DNA from: Blastocatellia bacterium
GTDB taxonomy: Bacteria > Acidobacteriota > Blastocatellia > UBA7656
Direction of reading: 5' to 3'
Assembly (NCBI GenBank): GCA_963765495.1
Contig: CAVXWP010000004.1
Coordinates: 224,001-288,000 of the forward strand
DNA: 64,000 nt
Made by a program: the position numbers and the translations under genes. The notes beneath the pieces were generated by a model, which saw only the letters and a program-made list of their open reading frames with translations, made no database searches and was not told the origin of the DNA. Shown here one piece after another: positions 1 to 8,922 of this stretch (its first letter is position 1; each line of letters opens with the position of its first letter).

Positions 1-2
1 AA

Positions 3-818
3 ATCTCATCGCGTCTGCACGCCCAGGTTACGCGCTTCGCCGCCGAAGGCGGCTGCGTCGAGTATTACCTGAACGATCTTGGTTCTACAAACGGCACCTT
101 CCTCAACGGCGCTCGCGTAACCGGCGAACAACTCCTGCAAGACGGCGACAAGATCAAAATAGGCAAACATCTGATGAAGTTTGCCATGCTCGACGAGTTT
201 GAAGCCGAGTTTCAGGAACGTCTTCACGAGATGACTCAACGCGACGAATTGACGGGGCTTCGCTCGCGCCGCAGCCTCTTTGCCGACCTCGACCGCATAG
301 TCAGGCAATCGGTAGACAACGCCTCGGCCCACCCGCTTAGCGTTTTAATGATGGACCTGGACTTTTTCAAAAGAGTCAACGACGGTCGCGGCCATTTGAT
401 AGGCAGCCACACCATTCGCGAGGTAGGCCATATCATACGCGATGTAATAGGGAGCGCGGACCTTGCCGCGCGTTACGGCGGAGAGGAGTATCTGGCATAT
501 ATTTCAGGCAAGCCCGAAGAAGGTTTTCGCGTAGCCGATGAGATCAGGCAGAAGGTCGAGGCTCATCTCTTCCCTGCTTCGACAACCGACCCCGAACTGA
601 CCATGCGCATAACCATAAGCCTCGGGATGGCAAGCTTTCCTTCCGACGGCACCGATGCGCTTGATCTGATTCAAAAGGCCGATCAGGCGCTTTACAGAGC
701 AAAGCTGACGGGTCGCAATCGAACCTGTATCTTCGACGCCGAAATAGACAAACCCGAAGCATTTCATCAACCGATTGACGCTTCAGCGATCATCTACGGC
801 CCGGCTGACTCTCAGTAG
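3..818 (+). CDS. FHA domain + GGDEF diguanylate cyclase (5' partial)
   Basis: Frame is open from the window edge: SRLHA...DLGSTNGTFLNG (FHA), then DELTGL, MDLDFFKRVND, RYGGEEY, ADQALYRAK (GGDEF). Confidence 0.9.
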   Translation: MSSRLHAQVTRFAAEGGCVEYYLNDLGSTNGTFLNGARVTGEQLLQDGDKIKIGKHLMKFAMLDEFEAEFQERLHEMTQRDELTGLRSRRSLFADLDRIVRQSVDNASAHPLSVLMMDLDFFKRVNDGRGHLIGSHTIREVGHIIRDVIGSADLAARYGGEEYLAYISGKPEEGFRVADEIRQKVEAHLFPASTTDPELTMRITISLGMASFPSDGTDALDLIQKADQALYRAKLTGRNRTCIFDAEIDKPEAFHQPIDASAIIYGPADSQ

Positions 819-871
819 CCTCTACTGTCAAGGAATGAGAATGGTTGGGACAGCCCTACAGAGCCACCCGC

Positions 872-1258
872 TCAGGCTCCGTTTTCCGGCAATTTTTCCT
901 TGATCGTATTAAGGAATCTGTCGCAATCAATAGGCTTTTCAATGTAATCGTCAGCGCCTGCTTCGAGCGCATCATCTATCATTCGTTTGCCGTAGGCACT
1001 CATGACGATGATGGGAGTCTCGCGCAGTTCTCCGTCTTCGCGGATGCGCTTTATCATCTCGATGCCGTTCATACGTGGCATCTGGATGTCGGTTACTATG
1101 AGATCCGGGTGATCGCTTGATGCCGTGTTTAGGCCAACCATGCCGTCGATGGCATGCTCGACTTCGTAACCTTCCATTTTCAACAACCGGCAAAGCATGA
1201 AAGAAGTATCATGATGGTCCTCGACGACCAGTACCTTTTTACCCATAAATGTGCTCAT
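872..1258 (-). CDS. Single-domain response regulator receiver
   Basis: VLVVEDH, DLIVTDIQMPRMNG, AGADDYIEKP. Confidence 0.92.
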   Translation of the reverse strand: MSTFMGKKVLVVEDHHDTSFMLCRLLKMEGYEVEHAIDGMVGLNTASSDHPDLIVTDIQMPRMNGIEMIKRIREDGELRETPIIVMSAYGKRMIDDALEAGADDYIEKPIDCDRFLNTIKEKLPENGA

Positions 1259-1285
1259 TCTAAAAAAAACCTCACAACTAAGAGT

Positions 1286-2431
1286 TTAAGCCCCCAGCAG
1301 CGCCGTGCGCAACTGAGCTTCCTGCTCCGTATTGACGAGCGCGACAACCACATCGCCTTCAAGCAGTCTGGTTTCGCCGCGCGGGACCACCGTGTTATTG
1401 CCCCGCAAAATGGCGATGAGATTACTTTCAGGCGGCATCTTCAAATCGCGGACCATCTGGCCCGCCGAAGGGGATACTCCATCAACGGGGTATTCGAGTA
1501 TTTGAAAAGCGCCTTGCCTGAGGCTGAGCAAGGTCTTTATGCGAACCGTCGGCAGTTCGCGCTCGATGACCTGTTCTATGAGGGCAGTGGGGCTGACTAT
1601 GGAATCAACACCGAGGTTTGCCATGACTTCTTCGTTCTTGGGGTTTGAAGCCCGCGCGATGGTCTTTGGCACGCCAAAGACCTTACGGGCAAGCTGACAG
1701 GCAATAAGGTTGTCCTGATCGCTTCCGGTAGCGGCGACGAATACGCGAGCCTGTTGCGCCCTGGCCGCCTCAAGCACGTCGTGGGTGGAACTGTCGCCGA
1801 TAAAGACGGGGCATTCCAGCCTGTTCGACAGATTGGCCGCCCGCGCCGTGTCCATTTCGATTATGGCTACTTCATGACCGCTTTCAAAAAGTTCTCGGGC
1901 CAGATTGATCCCCACCTTGCCGCCCCCGGCTATGAGGATGTAGCGCGATTCATCGGTCGCATCATAACGGGGTCGGGGTTTCACCTTTGGAGGCACGGGA
2001 GGGATGCGTTCGGGCGCGGCCTGACCGGCAGCTATGTCGGTCTGTTCCACGATCAAATCGACGGCAAACAGCGTCGGACAAACCACAATCAAATTTGGGT
2101 CTTCCTGAGTGGCCTCGGCGTGACTCGGCTCATAAACGCGAGCAAGCGCGCGCGGGACGTGAAACTGAGAACGAGCGACCTGCGCGGCCATTAGATTCAC
2201 ATTGTCGTCGCGGGTGACGGCAAGCAAAAGATCTGCTTCGCCTATACCCGCTTCGCGCTGTATGTCAACGTCTATGCCGTTGCCCTGAACCAGTTCCACG
2301 CCTTCGAGACGCGAAGCCCGGCTCAACCGAGTAGTGTCTTTGTCAATGACCGTAACTTCATGGCCGCGCTCAATCAAGGCTTCCACTGTGCGCGACCCTA
2401 CTCTTCCATATCCGATTACAACGATCTTCAT
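1286..2431 (-). CDS. trkA: TrkA-family RCK protein (two TrkA-N domains + one TrkA-C)
   Basis: Two Rossmann motifs (IGYGRVG; AGGGKVG) and C-terminal TrkA-C (IAILRGNNTVVPRGETRLLEGD). Confidence 0.85.
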   Translation of the reverse strand: MKIVVIGYGRVGSRTVEALIERGHEVTVIDKDTTRLSRASRLEGVELVQGNGIDVDIQREAGIGEADLLLAVTRDDNVNLMAAQVARSQFHVPRALARVYEPSHAEATQEDPNLIVVCPTLFAVDLIVEQTDIAAGQAAPERIPPVPPKVKPRPRYDATDESRYILIAGGGKVGINLARELFESGHEVAIIEMDTARAANLSNRLECPVFIGDSSTHDVLEAARAQQARVFVAATGSDQDNLIACQLARKVFGVPKTIARASNPKNEEVMANLGVDSIVSPTALIEQVIERELPTVRIKTLLSLRQGAFQILEYPVDGVSPSAGQMVRDLKMPPESNLIAILRGNNTVVPRGETRLLEGDVVVALVNTEQEAQLRTALLGA

Positions 2432-2475
2432 TTGAGTCTATAGCCTAACCAAGGTTTGGTTTCGTGACAAGAGTA

Positions 2476-2587
2476 AGTGATACGTGATGCGTGATACGTG
2501 ATCAACCAGACTTGCAAGTTGTCTTGAATATGCAGCCTGTCTGAAAGTCACGCATCACGCATCACGCATCACGTATCACGTATCACT
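2476..2587. repeat. Inverted tandem-heptamer element, unit GTGAT(G/A)C (family A, copy 1)
   Basis: About 4 units, 44 nt spacer, 5-6 inverted units; right arm contains the TGA stop of the upstream minus-strand gene. Confidence 0.95.
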
Positions 2588-5429
2588 CGTCACTCTTCAA
2601 AATATACGCCTCGCCCGCAGGTCTTACGGGACGTGAAAACCACAGGGGTCTGCGCAGGCCGCCCGGCCCCGGCGCAGGCCGCGTCATCTCTAACCATTCG
2701 TGGTAAATTTCGTGAGAACGTTTCGTATCCACGACCACATCGCCATACCTGTCATCTGCGTGAGCCGGTTCCAGGCGAACGCGCTGATGCCAGCAATGCA
2801 TTCCGCTCACGGGATCGGGGTGGACCGGAAAGGTCAGGTTTTGATGCACGCCGCCTTCCTGCCAGAATATGCGCTCGGAATCTGGATCATCGCTATTGAA
2901 CGGGCGCACTCCTTCGATCTGTCTGAGTCGCCACCGGCCTTCGCCCATCTCCTGGATGTCTACGAGGGCAGAGGCCCAGCGATCAGTCCCCTCAGCTTTT
3001 TTCAATCGCCACCTGCCCAGATGATGAGAGCAGGCCACGACTCCCGGCTTTATGCCTTCTGTGATCCACACGCGGATTATGAAATGGCCTATGTCGGTCG
3101 AGACCCGCGCAAGGTCGCCGTTTCTGAGGCCAACCGCCGCCGCGTCCGAAGGGTGAAGCCACAGCGGATTTGTGTGCGAAATCTCGTTTAGCCATTTCGA
3201 ATTGCCCGACCTCGTGTGAATCAGGGTCGGGAGCCGGAAGGTCGGAACCAGTATGTATTCGCCTTTGCCCCGATCAAGCTTGCGCCAGTGGACGTGGCTT
3301 TGCACGTATCCCGGCAAGGCGTGCTCGGGCCATTTCCAATCGGCCATCGTCTTGGAGTAAAACTCTAGCCTGCGCGAAGGCGTGGTGAAACCTCGGAACG
3401 CCTCCCCGTCTATTTTTACGCCTATCACCTGCGGCCCGGCTCCGGTCTGTTTTATGATCCGCCCCGTATCCTCTTCTGCCGTGGCGCTCTCAAGCTCGGT
3501 TTCAGACAGGCGGGTCTCGTGCTGATCGTAGATGCCCGATTTGACCGAAAAGGCCCCGTGGCGGCGCATGTAATCGAGCGGGGAGACGGCTTCGCTCGCG
3601 GCCTTTTCAGGAAGTCCGGGGACGCTGTTTTCAAATATCCAGCGATAGTACTCTTCGATGGTGATCTTTTCGCCCGCGCGATAAGGCGATTCGAAATGCC
3701 TGCGGATTCCAAGCTCTCCTGTAGGGTCGATCCGCCACGATAGCTCTATCCAGAACTCATCCTCTTCCCATACTTCGCCGGGGTTGGTTTCGTATGTGAA
3801 GTTGACTTTTTCGCCCGCGCGCTCGCGCAAGACGCGGGCGACCGGCTGACGGAATGAGATCCACTGCGCCGCATGAGTCTCCTGACTCATCAGGTCGTGA
3901 CGTTCGGGTCCCATCCCTACGGGGAGGACAAAATCGGCAAACCACGCCGTCTCGCTCCAGACGGGCGTCAGCGCCGCGTGAAGCTCTATTTTCGATTCGT
4001 CTCTGAGCATCTCAAGCCAGCTCATCCCGTCCGGGTTTGTCCATACGGGGTTGTAGACGCGTGTGAAGTAAGCCGCGATATGGCCGCGATTCTCTTTTAA
4101 CAGATGGGGGAGCAGAAAGCTCATCTCGTGATGGGCGAGCGGGTACTCTCGCGGCCAGAGCGTTTCGTTCCACACGTTTTGAGGCGCGGGCTTCGAGAAA
4201 GGCGCGGCAACAAACTTGTTCCACGCATTCGGAGAGACACCGCCTTCGGTGCCCACGCTTCCGGTCAGGACGTTCAGAAAGAAAAGGGCGCGGGCTACCT
4301 GCCAGCCGCCCAGATTGCCCGAGGCCGCGCTGCGCCAGATGTGAGAGGCGAATGCCGAACCTGCCGAGGCGATTTCGCGAGCTATCCTGACGATCTTTTC
4401 AGCCTCGACGCCGCACTCTTCTGCTGCGAATTCCGGCGTGAAGTCGGCATAGATTTCCTTTAAGGCTTCGACAAACGAATCGAAAGAGCATTCCTGATTG
4501 GGCCTCTCAGCGCGCATGAACTCCTGCCAGTTGACCCAGCGGCGGACAAACTCTCGATCAAACAAACCTTCCACGAGCATGACGCGGGCCATCGCAAGCA
4601 ACATCGCGGCTTCGGTTCCCGGCCACGGCGACAGCCAGTAATCTGCCATCGAAGCCGTGTTTGAAAGCCTCGGATCAATGACGGCGATCTTTGCGCCCGC
4701 CATCTTGCCTTCGATGATTCGCTGCGCGTGAGGATTGAAGTAATGCCCCGTTTCCAGATGCGCGCTTAACAGGAGGATGAACCGGGCATTCGCGTAATCG
4801 GGCGAGGGACGGTCCGCCCCCTGCCATAGCGCGTAGCCGACTCTGGCCGATGAAGAGCAAATATTCGTGTGCGAATTGTGACCGTCAACCCCCCACGCCT
4901 GTAGCACTCGATCCATGTATCCGTCGTGGCCCGGACGGCCTACGTGATAGATGATCTCATCGCGGCGGTCTTTAACAATCGCGGCTCGAATCTTTGCCGC
5001 GAGCGTGTCGAGCACTTCGTCCCAACTCACGCGATGCCAGTGCCCTTCGCCGCGTTTGCCTTCGCGCTTGAGCGGGTAGAGTATCCGCTCGGGGTCGTGA
5101 ATCTGATTGATCGTAGCGGGGCCTTTGGCGCAATTGCGCCCGCGCGAAGCCGGATGGTGAGGGTTGCCTTCGAGCTTTTGAATCTCGCCGCTCTCTTTAT
5201 CAATGTAAGCCAGCAATCCGCAGGCGGCTTCACAGTTGAAGCAGGTAGTCGGAACCAGTGAATACCGCCGCTCTACCTTGCGAGGCCAGCTTTTCGCATC
5301 GTATTCCACCCAGTCATCCCACCTTTCGTAAGGCGGATAGCTGGTGAGGCGGGAACTCTTTTGAGGCGATACGACCTGCCGGTTTTCCTCCCGCTGCTCT
5401 GAGGTGTTGTCTTTATCCTGAGTTGACAT
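2583..5429 (-). CDS. Molybdopterin (bis-PGD) oxidoreductase catalytic subunit
   Basis: TTCFNCEAACG...NCAKG Fe-S motif, ERILYPLKR, HTNICSS, C-terminal LWLHPSDA...GDLARV; start set at MSTQD because the longer ORF runs into a repeat. Confidence 0.9.
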   Translation of the reverse strand: MSTQDKDNTSEQREENRQVVSPQKSSRLTSYPPYERWDDWVEYDAKSWPRKVERRYSLVPTTCFNCEAACGLLAYIDKESGEIQKLEGNPHHPASRGRNCAKGPATINQIHDPERILYPLKREGKRGEGHWHRVSWDEVLDTLAAKIRAAIVKDRRDEIIYHVGRPGHDGYMDRVLQAWGVDGHNSHTNICSSSARVGYALWQGADRPSPDYANARFILLLSAHLETGHYFNPHAQRIIEGKMAGAKIAVIDPRLSNTASMADYWLSPWPGTEAAMLLAMARVMLVEGLFDREFVRRWVNWQEFMRAERPNQECSFDSFVEALKEIYADFTPEFAAEECGVEAEKIVRIAREIASAGSAFASHIWRSAASGNLGGWQVARALFFLNVLTGSVGTEGGVSPNAWNKFVAAPFSKPAPQNVWNETLWPREYPLAHHEMSFLLPHLLKENRGHIAAYFTRVYNPVWTNPDGMSWLEMLRDESKIELHAALTPVWSETAWFADFVLPVGMGPERHDLMSQETHAAQWISFRQPVARVLRERAGEKVNFTYETNPGEVWEEDEFWIELSWRIDPTGELGIRRHFESPYRAGEKITIEEYYRWIFENSVPGLPEKAASEAVSPLDYMRRHGAFSVKSGIYDQHETRLSETELESATAEEDTGRIIKQTGAGPQVIGVKIDGEAFRGFTTPSRRLEFYSKTMADWKWPEHALPGYVQSHVHWRKLDRGKGEYILVPTFRLPTLIHTRSGNSKWLNEISHTNPLWLHPSDAAAVGLRNGDLARVSTDIGHFIIRVWITEGIKPGVVACSHHLGRWRLKKAEGTDRWASALVDIQEMGEGRWRLRQIEGVRPFNSDDPDSERIFWQEGGVHQNLTFPVHPDPVSGMHCWHQRVRLEPAHADDRYGDVVVDTKRSHEIYHEWLEMTRPAPGPGGLRRPLWFSRPVRPAGEAYILKSDE

Positions 5430-5466
5430 CTTGATCTTCTTCGAACCGTGTCGGCTGGGTAATTTG

Positions 5467-5570
5467 AAATGGGCCGCGGATAACGCGGATGCGGCGGATG
5501 TACGCGGATCAGACCTTATATGAGCCAATCCGTAAAAATCTGTCGAATCCGTCGAATTCGTGGCCTATTT
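5467..5570. repeat. Palindromic element with ~9-mer GCGGAT-containing units (family F, copy 1)
   Basis: AAATGGGCCGCGGAT...GGCCTATTT ends; loop GGATCAGACCTTATATGAGCCAATCCG shared with other copies. Confidence 0.9.
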
Positions 5571-5613
5571 GCGCATTTCCCAACCATTCAAATCCATTTC
5601 CACCAATCCCTAC

Positions 5614-7164
5614 TCAACTGAGCGGCACAGCCTGCCCGGCCTGCACCCAGATGTGTTCCCAGAGGAAAAGCCCGACAAGCGCAAACAACGACACCACCGC
5701 AAGAATAAGCCCGGTTTGCGCTGCCCCGCTTGCGAGCCCGATAAGCGGCACGAGTATTCCAATTATCACCGCGCCGCCCCAGAACATCTTGCGGAATATG
5801 CCGCGAGTGATCAATCGCGCCGCCCGCTGCTTTTCTACGTTCTCATCAAGCATGAACAATTCGCCCGCCACAAGCGCGCCGTGGGCGATCAGCGCTCCTA
5901 TCAATTCGTAGTACACGAATTCGACCGAGGCATCCGTCAGCCAGAAAAAAGTTACCTCCGAAGCTATCGCGGCGATGAGCAAAAGGGTCGCCGACCCCGC
6001 TACGAGCGCCTGCGCAAACAGGTGCAGAGGCGTGAGCGTGCTGTGCCAGAATACGCGCCCGCGCGCCTGTCTGAAAAGGAAAGCCGAATAGACCGCCGAC
6101 CCGGCGGCAAACAGCGCCCCGAGCCACAGAATCGGTTGCTCAAGCGCGTTTAATCCAAGATAGGGCATGACAAGCCAGACCCCGAGCAGCGCGCCGTAAC
6201 CCGCCAGTATGTAGCCGCCAAGCACAAGCCACGATTTCCATTGAGGGCGGAACAGGATACTTAAAAACCGCTCGGGTCGCTTGAGGTCCAAAACGAGCAA
6301 TGCCAGAGTCGCAACCAGAAAGATCATAGCAACCGGCGGGGCTACAGATTCCAACAGCCAGGCACCGCCGACGCGAGGACGCGCAACCCCGAACCCGAGC
6401 CCGAGCGCCGCCACTATGAAAGCGCCCGCCGAGATTGATTTGGTCCACAGATAGGCTGAAACCTTCCACCCCCACGGGCGTTCGTGTGATATGTCGTATG
6501 TCGTGCGGGCGCGAGCTTCGGCTTCGGCCAGCGCTTGCTCGTTTTGCATAACGGCATCCATCTGCTGTTCGGCCCACAGATAGCCTCCCGTATGCGTCTG
6601 CTCGGTCGGACGCAATGCCGCCTGATCCGTTTCGATGTAATAGAGCTTTGGCCTCGTTCCCGCTTCTGGCTTTCTCACCTGAGTCTGTTCCGAGGCGAGC
6701 AATCGGGATATTTTCGCAGCCGGGTCATCCATATCGCCTGCGATTATTGCCTGTTCGGGACAGACCACCACACAGGCGGGCTCAAGCCCTACCTCGACCC
6801 TGTGAGCGCAGAAATTGCACTTCTCTGCCGTATTCGTGTTTGGATTGACGTAGAGCGCGTCGTAAGGACAGGCCTGCATGCAGGCTTTGCAACCTATGCA
6901 ACGATTGCCGTCGAAATCCACTATGCCGTTATCGCGGCGAAAGAGGGCCGTGACGGGACATATGGTTACGCACGGAGCGTCTTCGCAATGATTGCACCTG
7001 AGCACGGAAAAGAAACGGCGAGTGTCAGGATACTCGCCCTTTTCGATATATTTCACCCAGGTGCGAAAGGTCCCCAGCGGCACTTCGTTTTCAGATTTGC
7101 AGGCGACCGTGCAGGCATGACATCCAATGCATTTGCGATGATCTATAATAAAACCATATTTCAT
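5614..7164 (-). CDS. 4Fe-4S dicluster (NrfC/DmsB-like) + NrfD/PsrC membrane anchor fusion
   Basis: CIGCHACTVAC, CNHCEDAPCVTICP, CIGCKACMQACP, KCNFC; then WGWKVSAYLW, DLKRPERF and about 8 hydrophobic segments. Confidence 0.92.
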   Translation of the reverse strand: MKYGFIIDHRKCIGCHACTVACKSENEVPLGTFRTWVKYIEKGEYPDTRRFFSVLRCNHCEDAPCVTICPVTALFRRDNGIVDFDGNRCIGCKACMQACPYDALYVNPNTNTAEKCNFCAHRVEVGLEPACVVVCPEQAIIAGDMDDPAAKISRLLASEQTQVRKPEAGTRPKLYYIETDQAALRPTEQTHTGGYLWAEQQMDAVMQNEQALAEAEARARTTYDISHERPWGWKVSAYLWTKSISAGAFIVAALGLGFGVARPRVGGAWLLESVAPPVAMIFLVATLALLVLDLKRPERFLSILFRPQWKSWLVLGGYILAGYGALLGVWLVMPYLGLNALEQPILWLGALFAAGSAVYSAFLFRQARGRVFWHSTLTPLHLFAQALVAGSATLLLIAAIASEVTFFWLTDASVEFVYYELIGALIAHGALVAGELFMLDENVEKQRAARLITRGIFRKMFWGGAVIIGILVPLIGLASGAAQTGLILAVVSLFALVGLFLWEHIWVQAGQAVPLS

Positions 7165-7342
7165 ATAAGTGCCGGTACGGCTGGATAGAAGGAGATTTTG
7201 AATGTTCTCGCTACCAGTCCGCTCGTAAGTAAGGACCATTATTACCACGGCGCAAGAGGCTTGCCAAGCGGCAACGAGACAAAGTTAAAACTAAAAGGCG
7301 TGAAGAGTAAATATCGAGCTTCCCTGAAATGTATATCTTGCA

Positions 7343-7378
7343 AACAGGAATAGGCCGCAGATGCGGCCTATTCCTGTT
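7343..7378. repeat. Perfect 17 bp inverted repeat; minimal family F derivative, possible terminator
   Basis: AACAGGAATAGGCCGCA-GA-TGCGGCCTATTCCTGTT. Confidence 0.85.
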
Positions 7379-7427
7379 CCTGTCTGGTTCAAATTCCCTA
7401 TGAATCGATTATTCGGGCATAAAGCGT

Positions 7428-8099
7428 TTATCGACCGGGGGCCGTTCCAAACGAATCCATCACTCGTTCGGCTATGTCTTCCCCGGCTTGTTTAAAGACC
7501 AGTTCACCCTGAGCTCGCCCGTTTGGCACCGGTACGGGTAGCCCTACTCCGCCGATTCGCGCCTGATAGGGTCGCAGATAAACCCGCCCCTGTGTCTTGA
7601 CCTTCCCCGTGCCCGGCGTGTAGACGGCATATCGCACCGTAATATCCCTTCCCGATTGACTCGCATCCACTCCAAGCGAGTCCAGGTCCAGATCCAGCCA
7701 CACGACAAAGTTATCGGCAGATGCCTTGGCGTAATCGCTCGCCTCCTTGGAATTCATCTCTTTGCCTGTCCTCACCTTAAGCGACCCGGACTCTTTCATC
7801 CGCCCTATGCAGCCGTCAAGAACATACTGACCATAGTAATATCCCCCCGAAGAGACGCTCGAATATTTGACCACGAGGACGGGCGTTTGCGGTATTTCGG
7901 GTCTCTTCTCAGGCGGTGCGGGTGGCGGCGTTTCGCTCTCGGATGGAATTACGGGGCTGGGTTGTTTGGGTTTGCTCGGCAATCGCCTCCCCGACTGAGC
8001 CGCGCTCATTCCGGCGCTTGCCAATATAACCAGAAGAGAGAAAGATAGCGCGACCACCACACGCGAACGCCGATATGAGCATAGCAATCCTTTAGACAT
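7428..8099 (-). CDS. Hypothetical exported protein
   Basis: Signal peptide ending AAQSGRR, Pro-rich linker, GGAG SD upstream. Confidence 0.75.
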   Translation of the reverse strand: MSKGLLCSYRRSRVVVALSFSLLVILASAGMSAAQSGRRLPSKPKQPSPVIPSESETPPPAPPEKRPEIPQTPVLVVKYSSVSSGGYYYGQYVLDGCIGRMKESGSLKVRTGKEMNSKEASDYAKASADNFVVWLDLDLDSLGVDASQSGRDITVRYAVYTPGTGKVKTQGRVYLRPYQARIGGVGLPVPVPNGRAQGELVFKQAGEDIAERVMDSFGTAPGR

Positions 8100-8155
8100 A
8101 AGATAAGCTCCTCTTCTGCGACGAATGGCACGGGCGTAAATTCAGATTGTCAGTA

Positions 8156-8740
8156 TCAGATGCCGGCTCCGCCGACGAAATAGCCTTCCCGCCAGCGACC
8201 GACACGCGCGCTCCTCGGGCTGTAGGTATTAAGGACCGAGAGCGGCGGCGCATAGCAATGCAGCGTCACCATATCGCGCCCTTCCGGCTGGAGGTTCAAA
8301 AGCTGATGGATGTCGGGCACGTCGGCTCCGGTAATCTCGCCTGGCACCCGTCGCCTCGTGTCGTAGGGGCGAACATGTCCTTCGGGCGCGTGGTCGTACA
8401 TCGTCTCGGTCAGCAACCCTTCGACGACCAGCACTACGCCTACAGACCCGCCGTGGTCGTGTATCGGAGTGCGCTGTCCCGGATGCCAGCACAGCATCAA
8501 CAACTCGGCGAAAGAGCTGCGCGCGATGAGATTGCGCGCATATTTGCGGTCTGTGAAGACCCTATGCTCTTCATACTCTCTCTGCCTGAGCGCCAGCGAC
8601 CGAAACCAGTCTTCGATCTCTGAAAGCGCCGGAACCCCTGCGAGAGCATCTATCCGTTTTGCCAGTTCGTTCAGAGACAATTCAGTGACAGCCGTAGACG
8701 GCCTGTGCCCATACGTAATCTTTGTATCGGTTACTTGCAT
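8156..8740 (-). CDS. Cysteine/thiol dioxygenase (cupin)
   Basis: YARNLI, CWHPGQRTPIHDHG, DIHQLLN, TLHCYAPP. Confidence 0.9.
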   Translation of the reverse strand: MQVTDTKITYGHRPSTAVTELSLNELAKRIDALAGVPALSEIEDWFRSLALRQREYEEHRVFTDRKYARNLIARSSFAELLMLCWHPGQRTPIHDHGGSVGVVLVVEGLLTETMYDHAPEGHVRPYDTRRRVPGEITGADVPDIHQLLNLQPEGRDMVTLHCYAPPLSVLNTYSPRSARVGRWREGYFVGGAGI

Positions 8741-8858
8741 TCCGGTTCCTGTTATTGCGGCACATCCGCTTGAGGAAGAGTGCCGCCTGTAAAGAGCAGC
8801 CTGGCACTTTGGAGGGAAATGATAACCCTGACCCTTTTTGAAGCCCTTGACGGTTTAA

Positions 8859-8886
8859 AGTCTACACGCAGCCCTCAGATTGTCAA
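8859..8886 (-). promoter_or_regulatory. Sigma70-type promoter of the dioxygenase gene
   Basis: TTGACA-N16-TAGACT on the minus strand, leaving a ~110 nt leader. Confidence 0.6.
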
Positions 8887-8922
8887 GCAATCGCCGTTTG
8901 AGCCGGAGGACAAATCAAGCAG

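Noticed and set aside
813-827. CAGTAG-CCT-CTACTG resembling a minimal family B element at a stop codon
   Set aside because: One unit per arm; could easily be chance.
5430-5528. N-terminal extension of the 981 aa Mo-enzyme ORF
   Set aside because: It runs through the family F repeat; MSTQD at 5429 is the more plausible start.
7251-7266. Sigma54-like TGGCAAG-N4-TTGCG upstream of the NrfC/D gene
   Set aside because: The same bases fit a sigma70 TTGGCA...AATAAT promoter; cannot decide from sequence.
8741-8852. SAM-I riboswitch before the dioxygenase
   Set aside because: Core SAM-I elements (AUC...GAU P1 with GCAACC) are not present in order.
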